From Bacteroidota bacterium (GTDB lineage Bacteria; Bacteroidota; Bacteroidia; Chitinophagales; Chitinophagaceae): a stretch of DNA of 64,000 nucleotides. Below the pieces are notes generated by a model. The model had not been told where the DNA came from and searched no databases. It saw only the letters and a list, made by a program, of their open reading frames with translations. The DNA lies in the NCBI GenBank assembly GCA_031411115.1, contig JANOAO010000072.1, positions 34,112-98,111 on the forward strand, given 5' to 3'. The position numbers and the translations under genes were made by a program. Shown here one piece after another: positions 26,951 to 38,044 of the stretch. Position 1 is the stretch's first letter; each line of letters opens with the position of its first letter.

Positions 26951-27859
26951 ATGTCATTAACGGTTAGCCATCTAACAAAGAAATATGGAACGCAAATAGC
27001 GTTGAATGACATTTCATTTTCTATTCCTAAAGGGCAAATTGTAGGTTTTTTAGGCCCGAATGGTGCAGGCAAATCAACCACTATGAAAATCATCACCGGC
27101 TATGTAACAGCAGATGCAGGCGATGTTCATATAAATAGTATTTCCACAGACAGCCATGGGTTGGAAACCAAAAAAAAGATCGGCTATTTACCCGAAGCGA
27201 ATCCATTGTATTATGATATGTATGTTCGCGAATACCTGTATTTTATGGCAGGTATTCATCAAATGAAAGATGCTAAAAAAAGAATAGAAGAAGTAATTCA
27301 GAAAGTTGGATTAACAACGGAAGCACATAAAAAAACCGGTCAGTTGAGCAAGGGATACAAACAACGTGTAGGACTTGCCGCAGCTTTATTACATGACCCT
27401 GAAGTTTTGATACTGGATGAACCCACTTCCGGGCTGGATCCCAATCAGCTAACGGAGATCCGTTCGGTTATCAAAGAACTGGCTGTACATAAAACCGTAT
27501 TATTTTCCACGCACATCATGCAGGAAGTAGAAGCAATTTGCGACCGGGTGATCATCATTAATAAAGGAAATATTGTTGCGGATGATACGCTGGCAAATAT
27601 CCGAAACAGAACCTCGGGCACATCTGTGATCGTTCAGTTTCAGGAAGCTGTATCTGCATCAGTATTTGAAAATATAGAAGGCACTCTAATTCCATTATCT
27701 GCAGACCCTACTCAGCACTGGAAGATCATATCCAACGACCCTGCCTCCATCAGAAAAAAAATACTTCAGTTAAGTATAAATCATAACCTCAGCATTATCT
27801 CGCTTACCAGCGAAACAGAATCCCTTGAAAACGTATTTAAAGATCTTACTTCGGCCTGA
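26951..27859 (+). CDS. gldA: ABC transporter ATP-binding protein, GldA-like
   Basis: The N-terminus LTKKYGTQIALNDISFSIPKGQIVGFLGPNGAGKSTTMKIITGY closely resembles gliding-motility GldA as I remember it. Signature LSKGYKQRV, Walker B LILDEPTSGLD. No adjacent permease. Confidence 0.6.
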   Translation: MSLTVSHLTKKYGTQIALNDISFSIPKGQIVGFLGPNGAGKSTTMKIITGYVTADAGDVHINSISTDSHGLETKKKIGYLPEANPLYYDMYVREYLYFMAGIHQMKDAKKRIEEVIQKVGLTTEAHKKTGQLSKGYKQRVGLAAALLHDPEVLILDEPTSGLDPNQLTEIRSVIKELAVHKTVLFSTHIMQEVEAICDRVIIINKGNIVADDTLANIRNRTSGTSVIVQFQEAVSASVFENIEGTLIPLSADPTQHWKIISNDPASIRKKILQLSINHNLSIISLTSETESLENVFKDLTSA

Positions 27860-27929
27860 TCGCATTTGGATGCCTTCTTCAAACATTGTTTCTTTGCAGC
27901 AAATTCCGGAAATTATTTTCTACAACTAA

Positions 27930-29231
<1,302 letters not shown>

Positions 29232-29250
29232 CCTTCAATAAATTTATTAT

Positions 29251-29281
29251 AAGCTTCATCCGTCGATGAAGCTTTTTTTAT
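29251..29281 (+). terminator. Intrinsic terminator after eno
   Basis: 10-bp stem aagcttcatc/gatgaagctt, loop cgtc, then TTTTTTTA. Confidence 0.8.
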
Positions 29282-29341
29282 TTTCAGTCAAAAAAATTTA
29301 TCAAACTCCGGATAAAATGCTGAAATTTGATAAATCAGGAA

Positions 29342-29632
29342 ATGAATAAGAAAGTAGTCACCTTTTTTAAGAACAAATACATCATCGCCACATTACTATT
29401 CGTGGTATGGATGATTTTTTTTGATCCTAAAGATTGGTCGTTGATCGCCAACAGAATAGAGAAACTCAGTGATCTGGAAAAAAGCGAAAAACACCTGCAG
29501 AAAAAGATCCATAATACACGCCAGGAGCTGAGTTTGCTTAAAACAAGTGCTCAAACAATAGAGAAGTATGCAAGGGAAAAATACTTGATGAAAAAAGATA
29601 ACGAGGATGTCTTCATAGTAAATTCCCCATAA
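29342..29632 (+). CDS. Septum formation initiator family protein (FtsB/DivIC-like)
   Basis: N-terminal TM (IIATLLFVVWMIFF) followed by a coiled coil. The start is uncertain (TTG 29327 or ATG 29342). Confidence 0.6.
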   Translation: MNKKVVTFFKNKYIIATLLFVVWMIFFDPKDWSLIANRIEKLSDLEKSEKHLQKKIHNTRQELSLLKTSAQTIEKYAREKYLMKKDNEDVFIVNSP

Positions 29633-29728
29633 AAAACGAAAAAAATACCCAATCAGATACAATATTTAATCCAGTGCCCCGTTTAATAATCGGATAATGA
29701 TTTTTTTACTTCAAAACGGATTACAAAT

Positions 29729-29959
29729 ATGAACAGTATTACACCCGACGACCTGTTGTTATTTTTATACAATGAAACGTCACCCGAACTGACGATCGCC
29801 ATAAAATCAGCGTTAGAATCTGATTACCGTTTACAGGAATCCATGAATGAAATGATCATTTCCATGGAAAGTCTTGAGGAAATCAGCTATTCTCCTCGTC
29901 AGCAAAGTATAGATAAAATTTTAGCTTACGGTACTAAAGCGATCAATTCAGAAGCATAA
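29729..29959 (+). CDS. Small hypothetical protein
   Basis: 76-aa ORF followed by a clean terminator. No motif recognised. Confidence 0.4.
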   Translation: MNSITPDDLLLFLYNETSPELTIAIKSALESDYRLQESMNEMIISMESLEEISYSPRQQSIDKILAYGTKAINSEA

Positions 29960-29980
29960 CTTTTTGATGAAATATTTGTT

Positions 29981-30007
29981 CCCTGTTCCATGAACAGGGT
30001 TTTTTTA
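29981..30007 (+). terminator. Intrinsic terminator
   Basis: Stem ccctgttc/gaacaggg, 3-nt loop, then T7. It abuts the nth start codon. Confidence 0.7.
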
Positions 30008-30663
30008 TGAAAAAAAAGGAACGGTATCAATTTTTGATCAATTATTTTCTGGAACATGCACCTGATGCGGAAACAGAATTGTTATACGATAATCCTTACC
30101 AGTTGCTGGTAGCCGTTATACTTTCCGCTCAATGCACTGATAAAAGAGTAAACCTAACTACACCCGCTATTTTTAAAAAATTTCCTGATCCGAAAAGCCT
30201 GAGTGAAGCGAGTGTTGAGGAAATTTTCAGTTTAATCAGTAGCATATCTTATCCCAATAATAAAGCGAAACATCTGCAGGGAATGGCAAAATTACTGATG
30301 ACAGCATTTAATGGTCAGGTGCCTATGGCAGTGGAAGAGCTGATAAAACTGCCCGGGGTAGGAAGAAAAACGGCTAATGTAATCACGTCAGTTATTGACG
30401 GACAGCCGAATATGGCCGTAGATACACATGTTTTCAGGGTTAGTGCCCGGTTAGGATTAACCACTGGCGCTAAAACACCTTTAGCGGCAGAGAAACAACT
30501 GATCTCCCATATTCCGGAACAGTATGTTCATGTGTCTCATCACTGGTTGATTTTACACGGAAGATATATTTGCACCGCCAGAAGTCCGAAATGCAGCGTT
30601 TGCCCGCTTAAAGGTGCCTGCCGTTACTATAATAAAGTGAAAAAAACCGTTGCAGAGATTTAA
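30007..30663 (+). CDS. nth: Endonuclease III
   Basis: HhH-GPD LPGVGRKTANV, catalytic VDTHV, 4Fe-4S cluster C-x6-C-x2-C-x5-C (CTARSPKCSVCPLKGAC). Confidence 0.93.
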   Translation: MKKKERYQFLINYFLEHAPDAETELLYDNPYQLLVAVILSAQCTDKRVNLTTPAIFKKFPDPKSLSEASVEEIFSLISSISYPNNKAKHLQGMAKLLMTAFNGQVPMAVEELIKLPGVGRKTANVITSVIDGQPNMAVDTHVFRVSARLGLTTGAKTPLAAEKQLISHIPEQYVHVSHHWLILHGRYICTARSPKCSVCPLKGACRYYNKVKKTVAEI

Positions 30664-30731
30664 AGAATTTTACCGTAATTTGTGAAGCCTATTCTGTTAT
30701 TGACGGAATATAAAATTTAAAAGGATTATTA

Positions 30732-31658
30732 ATGAAACGTTATGCATTCCTGCTACTCGCTTTTATCTTAACAGGACTTACAAAAACCACTACTGCACAA
30801 TACTATTTTTACAATAGTGATTACTATGATAATCCGGTGGTTTTTGAAGTAGGTGGTTCCCTGAATGCCTTTAATTCTTTCACCGATATAGGCGGAAAAA
30901 AAGGAATTGGTGGAAAATTCACGAAAGATCTTATCATGGGCACTACCAAAATGGGTGGTGGCGTATATTTTAGTGCATTATATAAAAATGCCATTGCTTT
31001 ACGACTCGAGGGAGCATTCGGAAAACTGGAAGCAAATGATAATGTTTTGGCTGGTGTAACGGATATTGCCAAAGAACGTTTCAACAGAAATCTAAATTTC
31101 AGAACAAGTATTACAGAAGTTTCACTTATTACAGAGTTCCATCCTTTGTTTTTATTTATCACCTGGGAAAGTAAAGATGTAGAACCTCCACGTTACAGTC
31201 CTTATGTATTGGCCGGTGTAGGATTTTTCTCTTTCAATCCTCAAGGTCAGTTGGGAAACCGCTGGGTAGATCTTCAACCATTAAGAACAGAAGGTCAGGG
31301 ATTTTCGGAATATCCTGACAGAAAAGTGTACAAACTTCAGCAGATGAGTATTCCTTTGGGCCTTGGTATTAAATATGAATTGTCGCCCTTATTAAATGTG
31401 AGAGGTGAATTTGTTTATAGAAAATTGTTTACAGATTACCTGGATGATGTAAGCACATCTTACATTGACCCAGCATTGTTCCAGAATTATTTATCAGGAA
31501 GCACCTTACGGGATGCTCTTGCTATGAACGACCGTCAGCTTGTTAATAAGAATGGCCCGCAAGGTGGTGCAAAAAGAGGGAGCCCTTCTCAAAAAGATGC
31601 TTTCTTTTCTTTTAATTTAAAACTTGGATTATTAATCGGCAGAGAAAAGATCCGTTAA
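30732..31658 (+). CDS. Outer-membrane beta-barrel protein (DUF6089-like)
   Basis: Signal peptide ending TTAQ. Alternating beta-strand pattern with aromatic strand ends. Confidence 0.55.
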   Translation: MKRYAFLLLAFILTGLTKTTTAQYYFYNSDYYDNPVVFEVGGSLNAFNSFTDIGGKKGIGGKFTKDLIMGTTKMGGGVYFSALYKNAIALRLEGAFGKLEANDNVLAGVTDIAKERFNRNLNFRTSITEVSLITEFHPLFLFITWESKDVEPPRYSPYVLAGVGFFSFNPQGQLGNRWVDLQPLRTEGQGFSEYPDRKVYKLQQMSIPLGLGIKYELSPLLNVRGEFVYRKLFTDYLDDVSTSYIDPALFQNYLSGSTLRDALAMNDRQLVNKNGPQGGAKRGSPSQKDAFFSFNLKLGLLIGREKIR

Positions 31659-31676
31659 TTATAACATCTTATACTT

Positions 31677-31708
31677 AAAAAAACCGCTCTGAAAAAAGCG
31701 GTTTTTTT
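31677..31708. terminator. Bidirectional intrinsic terminator between convergent genes
   Basis: A7-ccgct-(8-nt loop)-agcgg-T7. It is symmetric, so it presents a U-tract on both strands. It abuts the korA-like stop. Confidence 0.8.
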
Positions 31709-31709
31709 A

Positions 31710-33551
31710 TTACAGGAACTTTTTTATTTCTTCTACCAGTTCTGCTTTTGTAAAAGGAATACCCATTATTTTATTGATGGCTTTTGCATCCACCATATAC
31801 TGATCACGAATAATTTTTATCAATTGGCCATTATTCAATTCCGGTATTAAAATGTGGTCAAAATTCTTAAAAATATCTGCAAGATTGGAAGGGAAAGGAC
31901 GCAGGTAACGAATATGCATATGCGAAACTGCTTGATTCTGCTGAAGCATTTCTGCAACTGCACTTTTGATGGCGCCATAAGTACTTCCCCATCCTACTAC
32001 CAGCAATTTCCCCTTTTCAGGACCACTATCCAATTTTTGCAGCGGAATATTTAAGGCGATATTGTCTACTTTCTGTTGACGCGTTTTCACCATATGCTGG
32101 TGATTTTCCGGATCGTAGCTGATGTTTCCGGTGATATCTTGTTTTTCTAATCCACCAATGCGATGTTCAAGGCCAGGCGTTCCTGGTTTAACCCAAGCCC
32201 GAACCAGTTTTTCATCCCGCTGGTAAGGCTGGTATTGTAATTCATTTTCAGCAAGACCTTCTTTAAAATGAATTTTTATTTCAGGAAGATTTTTTGCGGA
32301 AGGAAAACGCCATGGTTCAGCTCCATTCGCAATGTATCCGTCGCTCAGCATAATCACGGGCGTCATATGTTCTACGGCAATACGCACGGCTTCAAAAGCC
32401 ACATCAAAACAATCTGTAGGTGTTGCTGAGGAAATTACCGGCATTGGACATTCTCCGTTTCTGCCATAATATGCCTGCAGTAAATCACTTTGTTCTGTTT
32501 TGGTAGGTAATCCTGTACTCGGACCGCCGCGTTGTATATTAAAAATTACCAAAGGAATTTCCAGCATAACCGCCAGGCCCATCGCTTCCGCTTTTAAAGC
32601 CATACCGGGACCGGAAGTGGTGGTTATTCCCAGTGATCCGCCATAACTGGCACCTATTGCCGAAGTTATTGCAGCAATTTCATCTTCGGCCTGAAAAGTA
32701 CGGATCCCAAAAGTTTTATAACGGCTTAATTCATGCAAAATATCAGAAGCAGGCGTGATGGGATAAGAACCCAGAAATAAAGGCAAACCTGCTTTTTGCG
32801 AGGCTGCAATAATTCCATATGCCAACGCCTGATTACCCATAATAGAACGATACGTTCCGGGTTCCATTTTAGCTTTTTCCACCGCATAACGTGTGGTGAA
32901 AGTTTCCGTGGTGTCTCCATAATTATAACCCGCCTGCAATACCTTAATATTACTTTCTAAAATATCTTTTTTCTTACCAAATTTTTCCTGCAGAAATGCA
33001 ACGGTATTATCCATGTCGCGGTTGTACATCCAGTACAAAAACCCCAGAACAAACATATTCTTTGCACGGTCTTTTTCTTTTGTACCCATGGTGAAATCTT
33101 TCAGTGCTTCACGGGTTAATTTGGTAACATCTAAACGGATCAGTTCAAAATTTTCAAGGCTTTGATCTTCCAGTGGATTTACGCCTTCAGGATAATTGGC
33201 AAGGCGTAAATTTTTAGAATCAAATCCATCAACATTGGCAATTATTTTACCGCCTTTTTTTAATGATTTAAGATTTACTTTCAGAGCTGCAGCATTCATG
33301 GCTACTAACACATCGCATGCATCACCCGGAGTAAAAACACGGTCACTGCTGAATCGTAATTGAAAACCACTTACACCTGGCAAGGTGCCTATCGGGGCCC
33401 TGATCTCTGCTGGAAAATCAGGAAAGGTAGCAAGGTCAATACCCATCAGAGCGGTATTAACCGTGAACTGATTGCCGGTTAACTGCATTCCATCACCACT
33501 ATCGCCGGCAAATTTAATGACCACATCCTGCAAAACTTCCTGCTTGCTCAT
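31710..33551 (-). CDS. korA: 2-oxoacid:ferredoxin/acceptor oxidoreductase, alpha subunit (fused gamma-alpha type)
   Basis: Start taken at MSKQEV. N-terminal gamma-like domain (KFAGDSGDGMQ) followed by the alpha domain (GSYPITPAS, GGPSTGLPTKTEQSDL). Confidence 0.85.
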   Translation of the reverse strand: MSKQEVLQDVVIKFAGDSGDGMQLTGNQFTVNTALMGIDLATFPDFPAEIRAPIGTLPGVSGFQLRFSSDRVFTPGDACDVLVAMNAAALKVNLKSLKKGGKIIANVDGFDSKNLRLANYPEGVNPLEDQSLENFELIRLDVTKLTREALKDFTMGTKEKDRAKNMFVLGFLYWMYNRDMDNTVAFLQEKFGKKKDILESNIKVLQAGYNYGDTTETFTTRYAVEKAKMEPGTYRSIMGNQALAYGIIAASQKAGLPLFLGSYPITPASDILHELSRYKTFGIRTFQAEDEIAAITSAIGASYGGSLGITTTSGPGMALKAEAMGLAVMLEIPLVIFNIQRGGPSTGLPTKTEQSDLLQAYYGRNGECPMPVISSATPTDCFDVAFEAVRIAVEHMTPVIMLSDGYIANGAEPWRFPSAKNLPEIKIHFKEGLAENELQYQPYQRDEKLVRAWVKPGTPGLEHRIGGLEKQDITGNISYDPENHQHMVKTRQQKVDNIALNIPLQKLDSGPEKGKLLVVGWGSTYGAIKSAVAEMLQQNQAVSHMHIRYLRPFPSNLADIFKNFDHILIPELNNGQLIKIIRDQYMVDAKAINKIMGIPFTKAELVEEIKKFL

Positions 33552-33769
33552 ACGCTGAAAATTATTCTGCAAAGGTAAGCACATTCAAAACGACAGCCAT
33601 ATTCAGCAGGCACAATCAAATAAAAGATTCAATTGAAAAATTGTTTATTAAAGTGTTTATTCCTCCATAAAAAGAAAATATTACTTCAAAAAATAGGTGT
33701 GCTATTATGTTGACCGCCATTTACTTTATATCGGTACAATCATTTAGGTTTGCTTTGCAAATTCTGATT

Positions 33770-34897
33770 ATGAATGATTTCTCACTTTATCTGGATCCGG
33801 TTTCACTCACTTTTATTATGGATGACCAGCCAGTTTCTGATGGTTTACTTGCAAAACATATATCTATTTATCAGGAACAAATTCCGGATATAGAACACGC
33901 TGATATTATCATTGTAGGAATTCAGGAAAACAGAGGTGCAAGAAAGGTGAATGATGGTTCAAAATCTGCCGACGCAATTCGTAAACAATTGTATCAGTTA
34001 AATTACTGGCATACTGATATACAGATTGCCGACCTTGGAAATATTAAAACGGGTGCAACCATCCAGGATTCATATGCCGCACAAAAAGCAGTGATCGGTG
34101 ACCTGATAGCCATGGGGAAAACAGTTTTCATTATTGGCGGCAGTCATGATAACACTATGGCACAATATGAATCCTACCGTGATGCCGGCTATCATATTGA
34201 AGCTACCTGCATTGATGCCATGATAGACCTTCGAAGTGAAAGCATGATAAGAAGCGAAAATTTTTTGCTTGATATGCTAACCACAGAACCTAATATCATC
34301 AAACATTATAACCATATTGGATTTCAAAGTTATTTTGTTCACCCGCGTATGATTGAAACGTTGGATAAATTGAGATTCGATTGTTACAGAGTTGGTGTGG
34401 TTAAATCATCTATTGATGATATGGAACCTGTGCTGCGCAATTCGCACATGGTGAGTTTTGATATCAGTGCTATCAAAAACAGCGATGCTCCGGCCAGTAA
34501 AACAAGTCCTAATGGTTTGGATGGAACCGAGGCCTGTACATTAATGCGTTATGCAGGTATGAGCAGCAATGTAAATACAACCGGAATTTACGGATACAAT
34601 TATGAAGATGACCTGCACAATATCACAGCTATACAAATTGCCCAGATGATCTGGTATTTTATTGATGGCAGAAATAAATGCATGCAGGAAAGTAACCTGA
34701 ATGACAGACATAATTTCAATGAATTTCATACCGTTTTTGCTGAAGTGGAAACCGTTTTTCTGCAAAGTAAAAAAACCAACAGGTGGTGGATGCAGCTTCC
34801 TGATAAAAAATTTATTGCCTGTAGTTATGATGATTATACAAAGGCTTCCAGCAATGAAATTCCGGAACGCTGGCTAAGAATTCAGGAAAGAATTTAA
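33770..34897 (+). CDS. Arginase/formimidoylglutamase family protein
   Basis: Start taken at MNDFSLYLDP. IIGGSHDNT and SFDISAIK segments fit the ureohydrolase fold. Substrate unknown. Confidence 0.65.
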   Translation: MNDFSLYLDPVSLTFIMDDQPVSDGLLAKHISIYQEQIPDIEHADIIIVGIQENRGARKVNDGSKSADAIRKQLYQLNYWHTDIQIADLGNIKTGATIQDSYAAQKAVIGDLIAMGKTVFIIGGSHDNTMAQYESYRDAGYHIEATCIDAMIDLRSESMIRSENFLLDMLTTEPNIIKHYNHIGFQSYFVHPRMIETLDKLRFDCYRVGVVKSSIDDMEPVLRNSHMVSFDISAIKNSDAPASKTSPNGLDGTEACTLMRYAGMSSNVNTTGIYGYNYEDDLHNITAIQIAQMIWYFIDGRNKCMQESNLNDRHNFNEFHTVFAEVETVFLQSKKTNRWWMQLPDKKFIACSYDDYTKASSNEIPERWLRIQERI

Positions 34898-34906
34898 AAA
34901 TTTAAG

Positions 34907-36187
34907 ATGAACAGGATATTTATTGTTTGTTGTTTTATACTAATATCCTGCTCGCTTCAAAAAAAGGTCGGAAATAAAGCCACCATTATTATTAACGACA
35001 GTCTTTTACATGCCGGTTTTGTTGGCATCAGTATTTATGACACTGAAATAGAAAAATCTGTTTACCGTTATAATGCCGATAAATATTTTGTGCCGGCGAG
35101 CAATATGAAACTTTTCACTTTGTATGCGGGCCTTCAATTTTTACCCGACTCTCTTCCCGGCATTCAGGTATTTGAAAATAAAGATGGTGTGTATATTTAT
35201 CCTACAGGCGATCCTACATTTTTACATCCTTCTTTCCACACACAACGTGTATATGATTTTTTAAAAAATACCACAAAACCTTTGTTTCTTGTAAAAGAAA
35301 ATAATTCATTTAAAAAATGGGGAAGCGGATGGTCGTGGGATGATTATGAAGAAGCTTTCATGCCTGAACGTTCTTCCTTTCCTATGTATGGTAATGTTGT
35401 AAAAATTGACAGTAATCAGTTTTCAATACCTGTATTTAAAGACTATTCGATCTATCCTGTTTTAATAAATAATTCAAATGATTTTTATTCGGTAAAAAGA
35501 TCATTCGATAAAAATCTTTTTATTTTTTCAACAATAACAGAAAAGCAGAAACCTGTTTCCATCCCATTCATTACTTCTGATATTTTAGTTTGTAAATTAT
35601 TGAGCGACACCTTACATAAAAATATATCAATAACTGATACATCTATAATTGAAAAAGAAACACAATTATATACTGTGAATTCTCAAAATCGTGATTCTGT
35701 AATGGCGCTGATGATGAAAAACAGCGATAACTTTATTGCTGAACAACTGATGCTTATGATCAGCAAATTGCAATACGGCATCATGACTAACAATATTTTT
35801 GATTCAGTTTCTTCCGTTGCATTCAATGATCTTCCGCAACCCATCAAATGGAAAGATGCTTCAGGATTAAGCCGATACAATCAATGTACTCCAGATGGCA
35901 TCATTTACCTTCTCCGCAAATTGAAATCGAAAGCCGGTATGAAAAGAATGGAATCATTTTTACCTAAAGGAAATGAAGGAACACTAAAAAATTATTTCCT
36001 GTCAGAAGGTGCTGCGATTCATGCAAAAACAGGATCGATGAGCAACGTGTATTGTATGAGTGGATATATCGTGAACAAAAAAAATAAACTCCTGATATTT
36101 TCGATTCTCACTAATAATATTCCCGGGCCATTGAGCCATGCAAGAAAAAAAATAGAATCATTCCTGAAGGAAGTACGGGATCTCTGA
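34907..36187 (+). CDS. dacB: D-alanyl-D-alanine carboxypeptidase/endopeptidase (PBP4, S13 family)
   Basis: SxxK (PASNMK), SxN (NSDNFIAEQ), KTG (HAKTGS). Lipoprotein-like signal. Confidence 0.8.
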   Translation: MNRIFIVCCFILISCSLQKKVGNKATIIINDSLLHAGFVGISIYDTEIEKSVYRYNADKYFVPASNMKLFTLYAGLQFLPDSLPGIQVFENKDGVYIYPTGDPTFLHPSFHTQRVYDFLKNTTKPLFLVKENNSFKKWGSGWSWDDYEEAFMPERSSFPMYGNVVKIDSNQFSIPVFKDYSIYPVLINNSNDFYSVKRSFDKNLFIFSTITEKQKPVSIPFITSDILVCKLLSDTLHKNISITDTSIIEKETQLYTVNSQNRDSVMALMMKNSDNFIAEQLMLMISKLQYGIMTNNIFDSVSSVAFNDLPQPIKWKDASGLSRYNQCTPDGIIYLLRKLKSKAGMKRMESFLPKGNEGTLKNYFLSEGAAIHAKTGSMSNVYCMSGYIVNKKNKLLIFSILTNNIPGPLSHARKKIESFLKEVRDL

Positions 36188-37996
36188 TCAGCGACCAAAC
36201 ATTTTATCCAGATCAGATTTACTAAACGTCATGTATGTTGGTTTTCCGTTGGGAGAAATATTTGGAACTTCACATTGCATCAGGTCAAACACCAATGCCT
36301 GCATTTCTTTTTCTGATAAAACAGTACCGCTTTTTATAGATTGCTGCAAAGCCATTGTTCTTAATAATTTTTCGCGGTTGCTGAATTTCATGTCAGAACT
36401 GAAATGTTTATACTGATCTAGTATTTTTTCTATCAACTCTTTTTCATTGCCATTCAACAACCCGGCAGGCGTACCCTGAATAATAAAATTATTATTCCCA
36501 AAAGGTTCTAACTGAAACCCGAGCAAATTCAGATCGGGAATTAACTCCATCATCAAAACGGCATCCGATGCTGTCATTTCAATATTAACCGGAAATAGGC
36601 TTTGCTGTGTGGCAATGGCCTTTCCATCCATAGCTTTTAAAAAACGTTCATATAAAATACGTTCGTGTGCATTTTGCTGCTGTAACAACATATAACCATT
36701 TTCATTCTGCACAACAATGTAAGAATGATGTATTTGCATCACATCCTGCAATTCTACAACGGGTTTATGCAACACCTGTTGTGCCGGATAAACAGTTTCC
36801 GCAATTTTAGCTGCTGGTTCGTAAAAATCTTTCCAATGTCTCAGATCGCTTTTCTTTTCAATAAAGTGCGCCTGGTGCTTTTGTGTAAATGAATTGAATA
36901 AAGGCGCAGCCGTTGCAGCAGATCTGGTTTCCTCCGTTTGTGGTTTTGATACTGAATCCAGTTGTTGAATAGATGCATCCAGTTCAAAATCCAATGTAGG
37001 TGTAATGCTAAACTGGGCCAATGCATGTTTTACAGCAGATTGCACAAAGGCATAGATGATCTTTTCATCTTCGAATTTTATTTCCTGTTTTGTAGGGTGT
37101 ACGTTGATGTCCACCACAGATGGATCCAGCTCAATGAAGATGGTATACATCGGAAAACTATCCCTGGGTATCATCTCGGAGAAAGCATTCATTACCGCAT
37201 GATTCAGGTAGGCACTTTTTATGAATCGGTTGTTCACAAAAAAATACTGATCGCCTCGTGTTTTCTTGGCCGTTTCGGGTTTACCTACAAAACCGGTAAT
37301 GTTCATGTAATCGGTTTGCTCATTTACAGCCACCAGTTTAGCTGAATAATTATTACCAAGTATTTGTATGATCCTTTGCTTTAATGAACCTTTTTCCAGG
37401 TGAAAAACTTCCTGCCCGTTGGAAACAAGCGAAAAGAAAATTTCAGGAAATGCCATTGCGATCCGGATAAATTCATCAACTATATGCCGTAATTCAGCAG
37501 CATTACTTTTTAAAAAATTTCTTCTTGCGGGAACATTGAAGAAAAGATTTTTCATGGAAATACTGGTACCGCCATTAAATGCCACCGGTTCCTGATTTTT
37601 AACAAAACTATTTTCAATCTCTATGAATACACCAGAACCATCTTCCGCACGTTTTGTTTTCAGTTCTACCTGTGAAACCGCGGCAATACTGGCAAGTGCT
37701 TCCCCCCGGAATCCCATCGTTTTAATTCGAAAAAGATCTTCTATATTTTTTATTTTGGAGGTGGCATGTCGCTCAAATGCCATCCTGGCGTCGGTTTCGC
37801 TCATTCCTTTGCCATTATCGATCACCTGCACCAATGCTTTTCCGGCATCATTTACAATTAATGTAATATGATCAGCCCCTGCATCTACGGCATTTTCCAT
37901 CAGCTCCTTCACCGCACTGGCAGGCCGCTGAATAACTTCACCCGCAGCAATCTGGTTGGCGATGTTATCCGGTAACAATTGTATTATATCAGGCAA
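36188..37996 (-). CDS. mutL: DNA mismatch repair protein MutL
   Basis: IAAGEVIQRPASAVKELMENAVDAG and GFRGEAL. A TTG start giving MPDIIQLLPD is likely. The upstream ATG at 38035 is an alternative. Confidence 0.92.
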   Translation of the reverse strand: MPDIIQLLPDNIANQIAAGEVIQRPASAVKELMENAVDAGADHITLIVNDAGKALVQVIDNGKGMSETDARMAFERHATSKIKNIEDLFRIKTMGFRGEALASIAAVSQVELKTKRAEDGSGVFIEIENSFVKNQEPVAFNGGTSISMKNLFFNVPARRNFLKSNAAELRHIVDEFIRIAMAFPEIFFSLVSNGQEVFHLEKGSLKQRIIQILGNNYSAKLVAVNEQTDYMNITGFVGKPETAKKTRGDQYFFVNNRFIKSAYLNHAVMNAFSEMIPRDSFPMYTIFIELDPSVVDINVHPTKQEIKFEDEKIIYAFVQSAVKHALAQFSITPTLDFELDASIQQLDSVSKPQTEETRSAATAAPLFNSFTQKHQAHFIEKKSDLRHWKDFYEPAAKIAETVYPAQQVLHKPVVELQDVMQIHHSYIVVQNENGYMLLQQQNAHERILYERFLKAMDGKAIATQQSLFPVNIEMTASDAVLMMELIPDLNLLGFQLEPFGNNNFIIQGTPAGLLNGNEKELIEKILDQYKHFSSDMKFSNREKLLRTMALQQSIKSGTVLSEKEMQALVFDLMQCEVPNISPNGKPTYMTFSKSDLDKMFGR

Positions 37997-38044
37997 AATG
38001 GTGAAATTTGTAACATCAAAAATAACACATCCCATTCACTGAAA

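Noticed and set aside
26581-27096. 171-aa minus-strand ORF, with others of the same kind at 40759-41256, 41331-41819, 36962-37345, 58862-59272, 51754-52146 and 28781-29155
   Set aside because: All lie antisense inside well-supported genes (PSP1 tail/gldA-like, beta-lactamase/acs, acs, mutL, mrdA, PiT, eno). Their compositions are odd and low-complexity. They are shadow ORFs.
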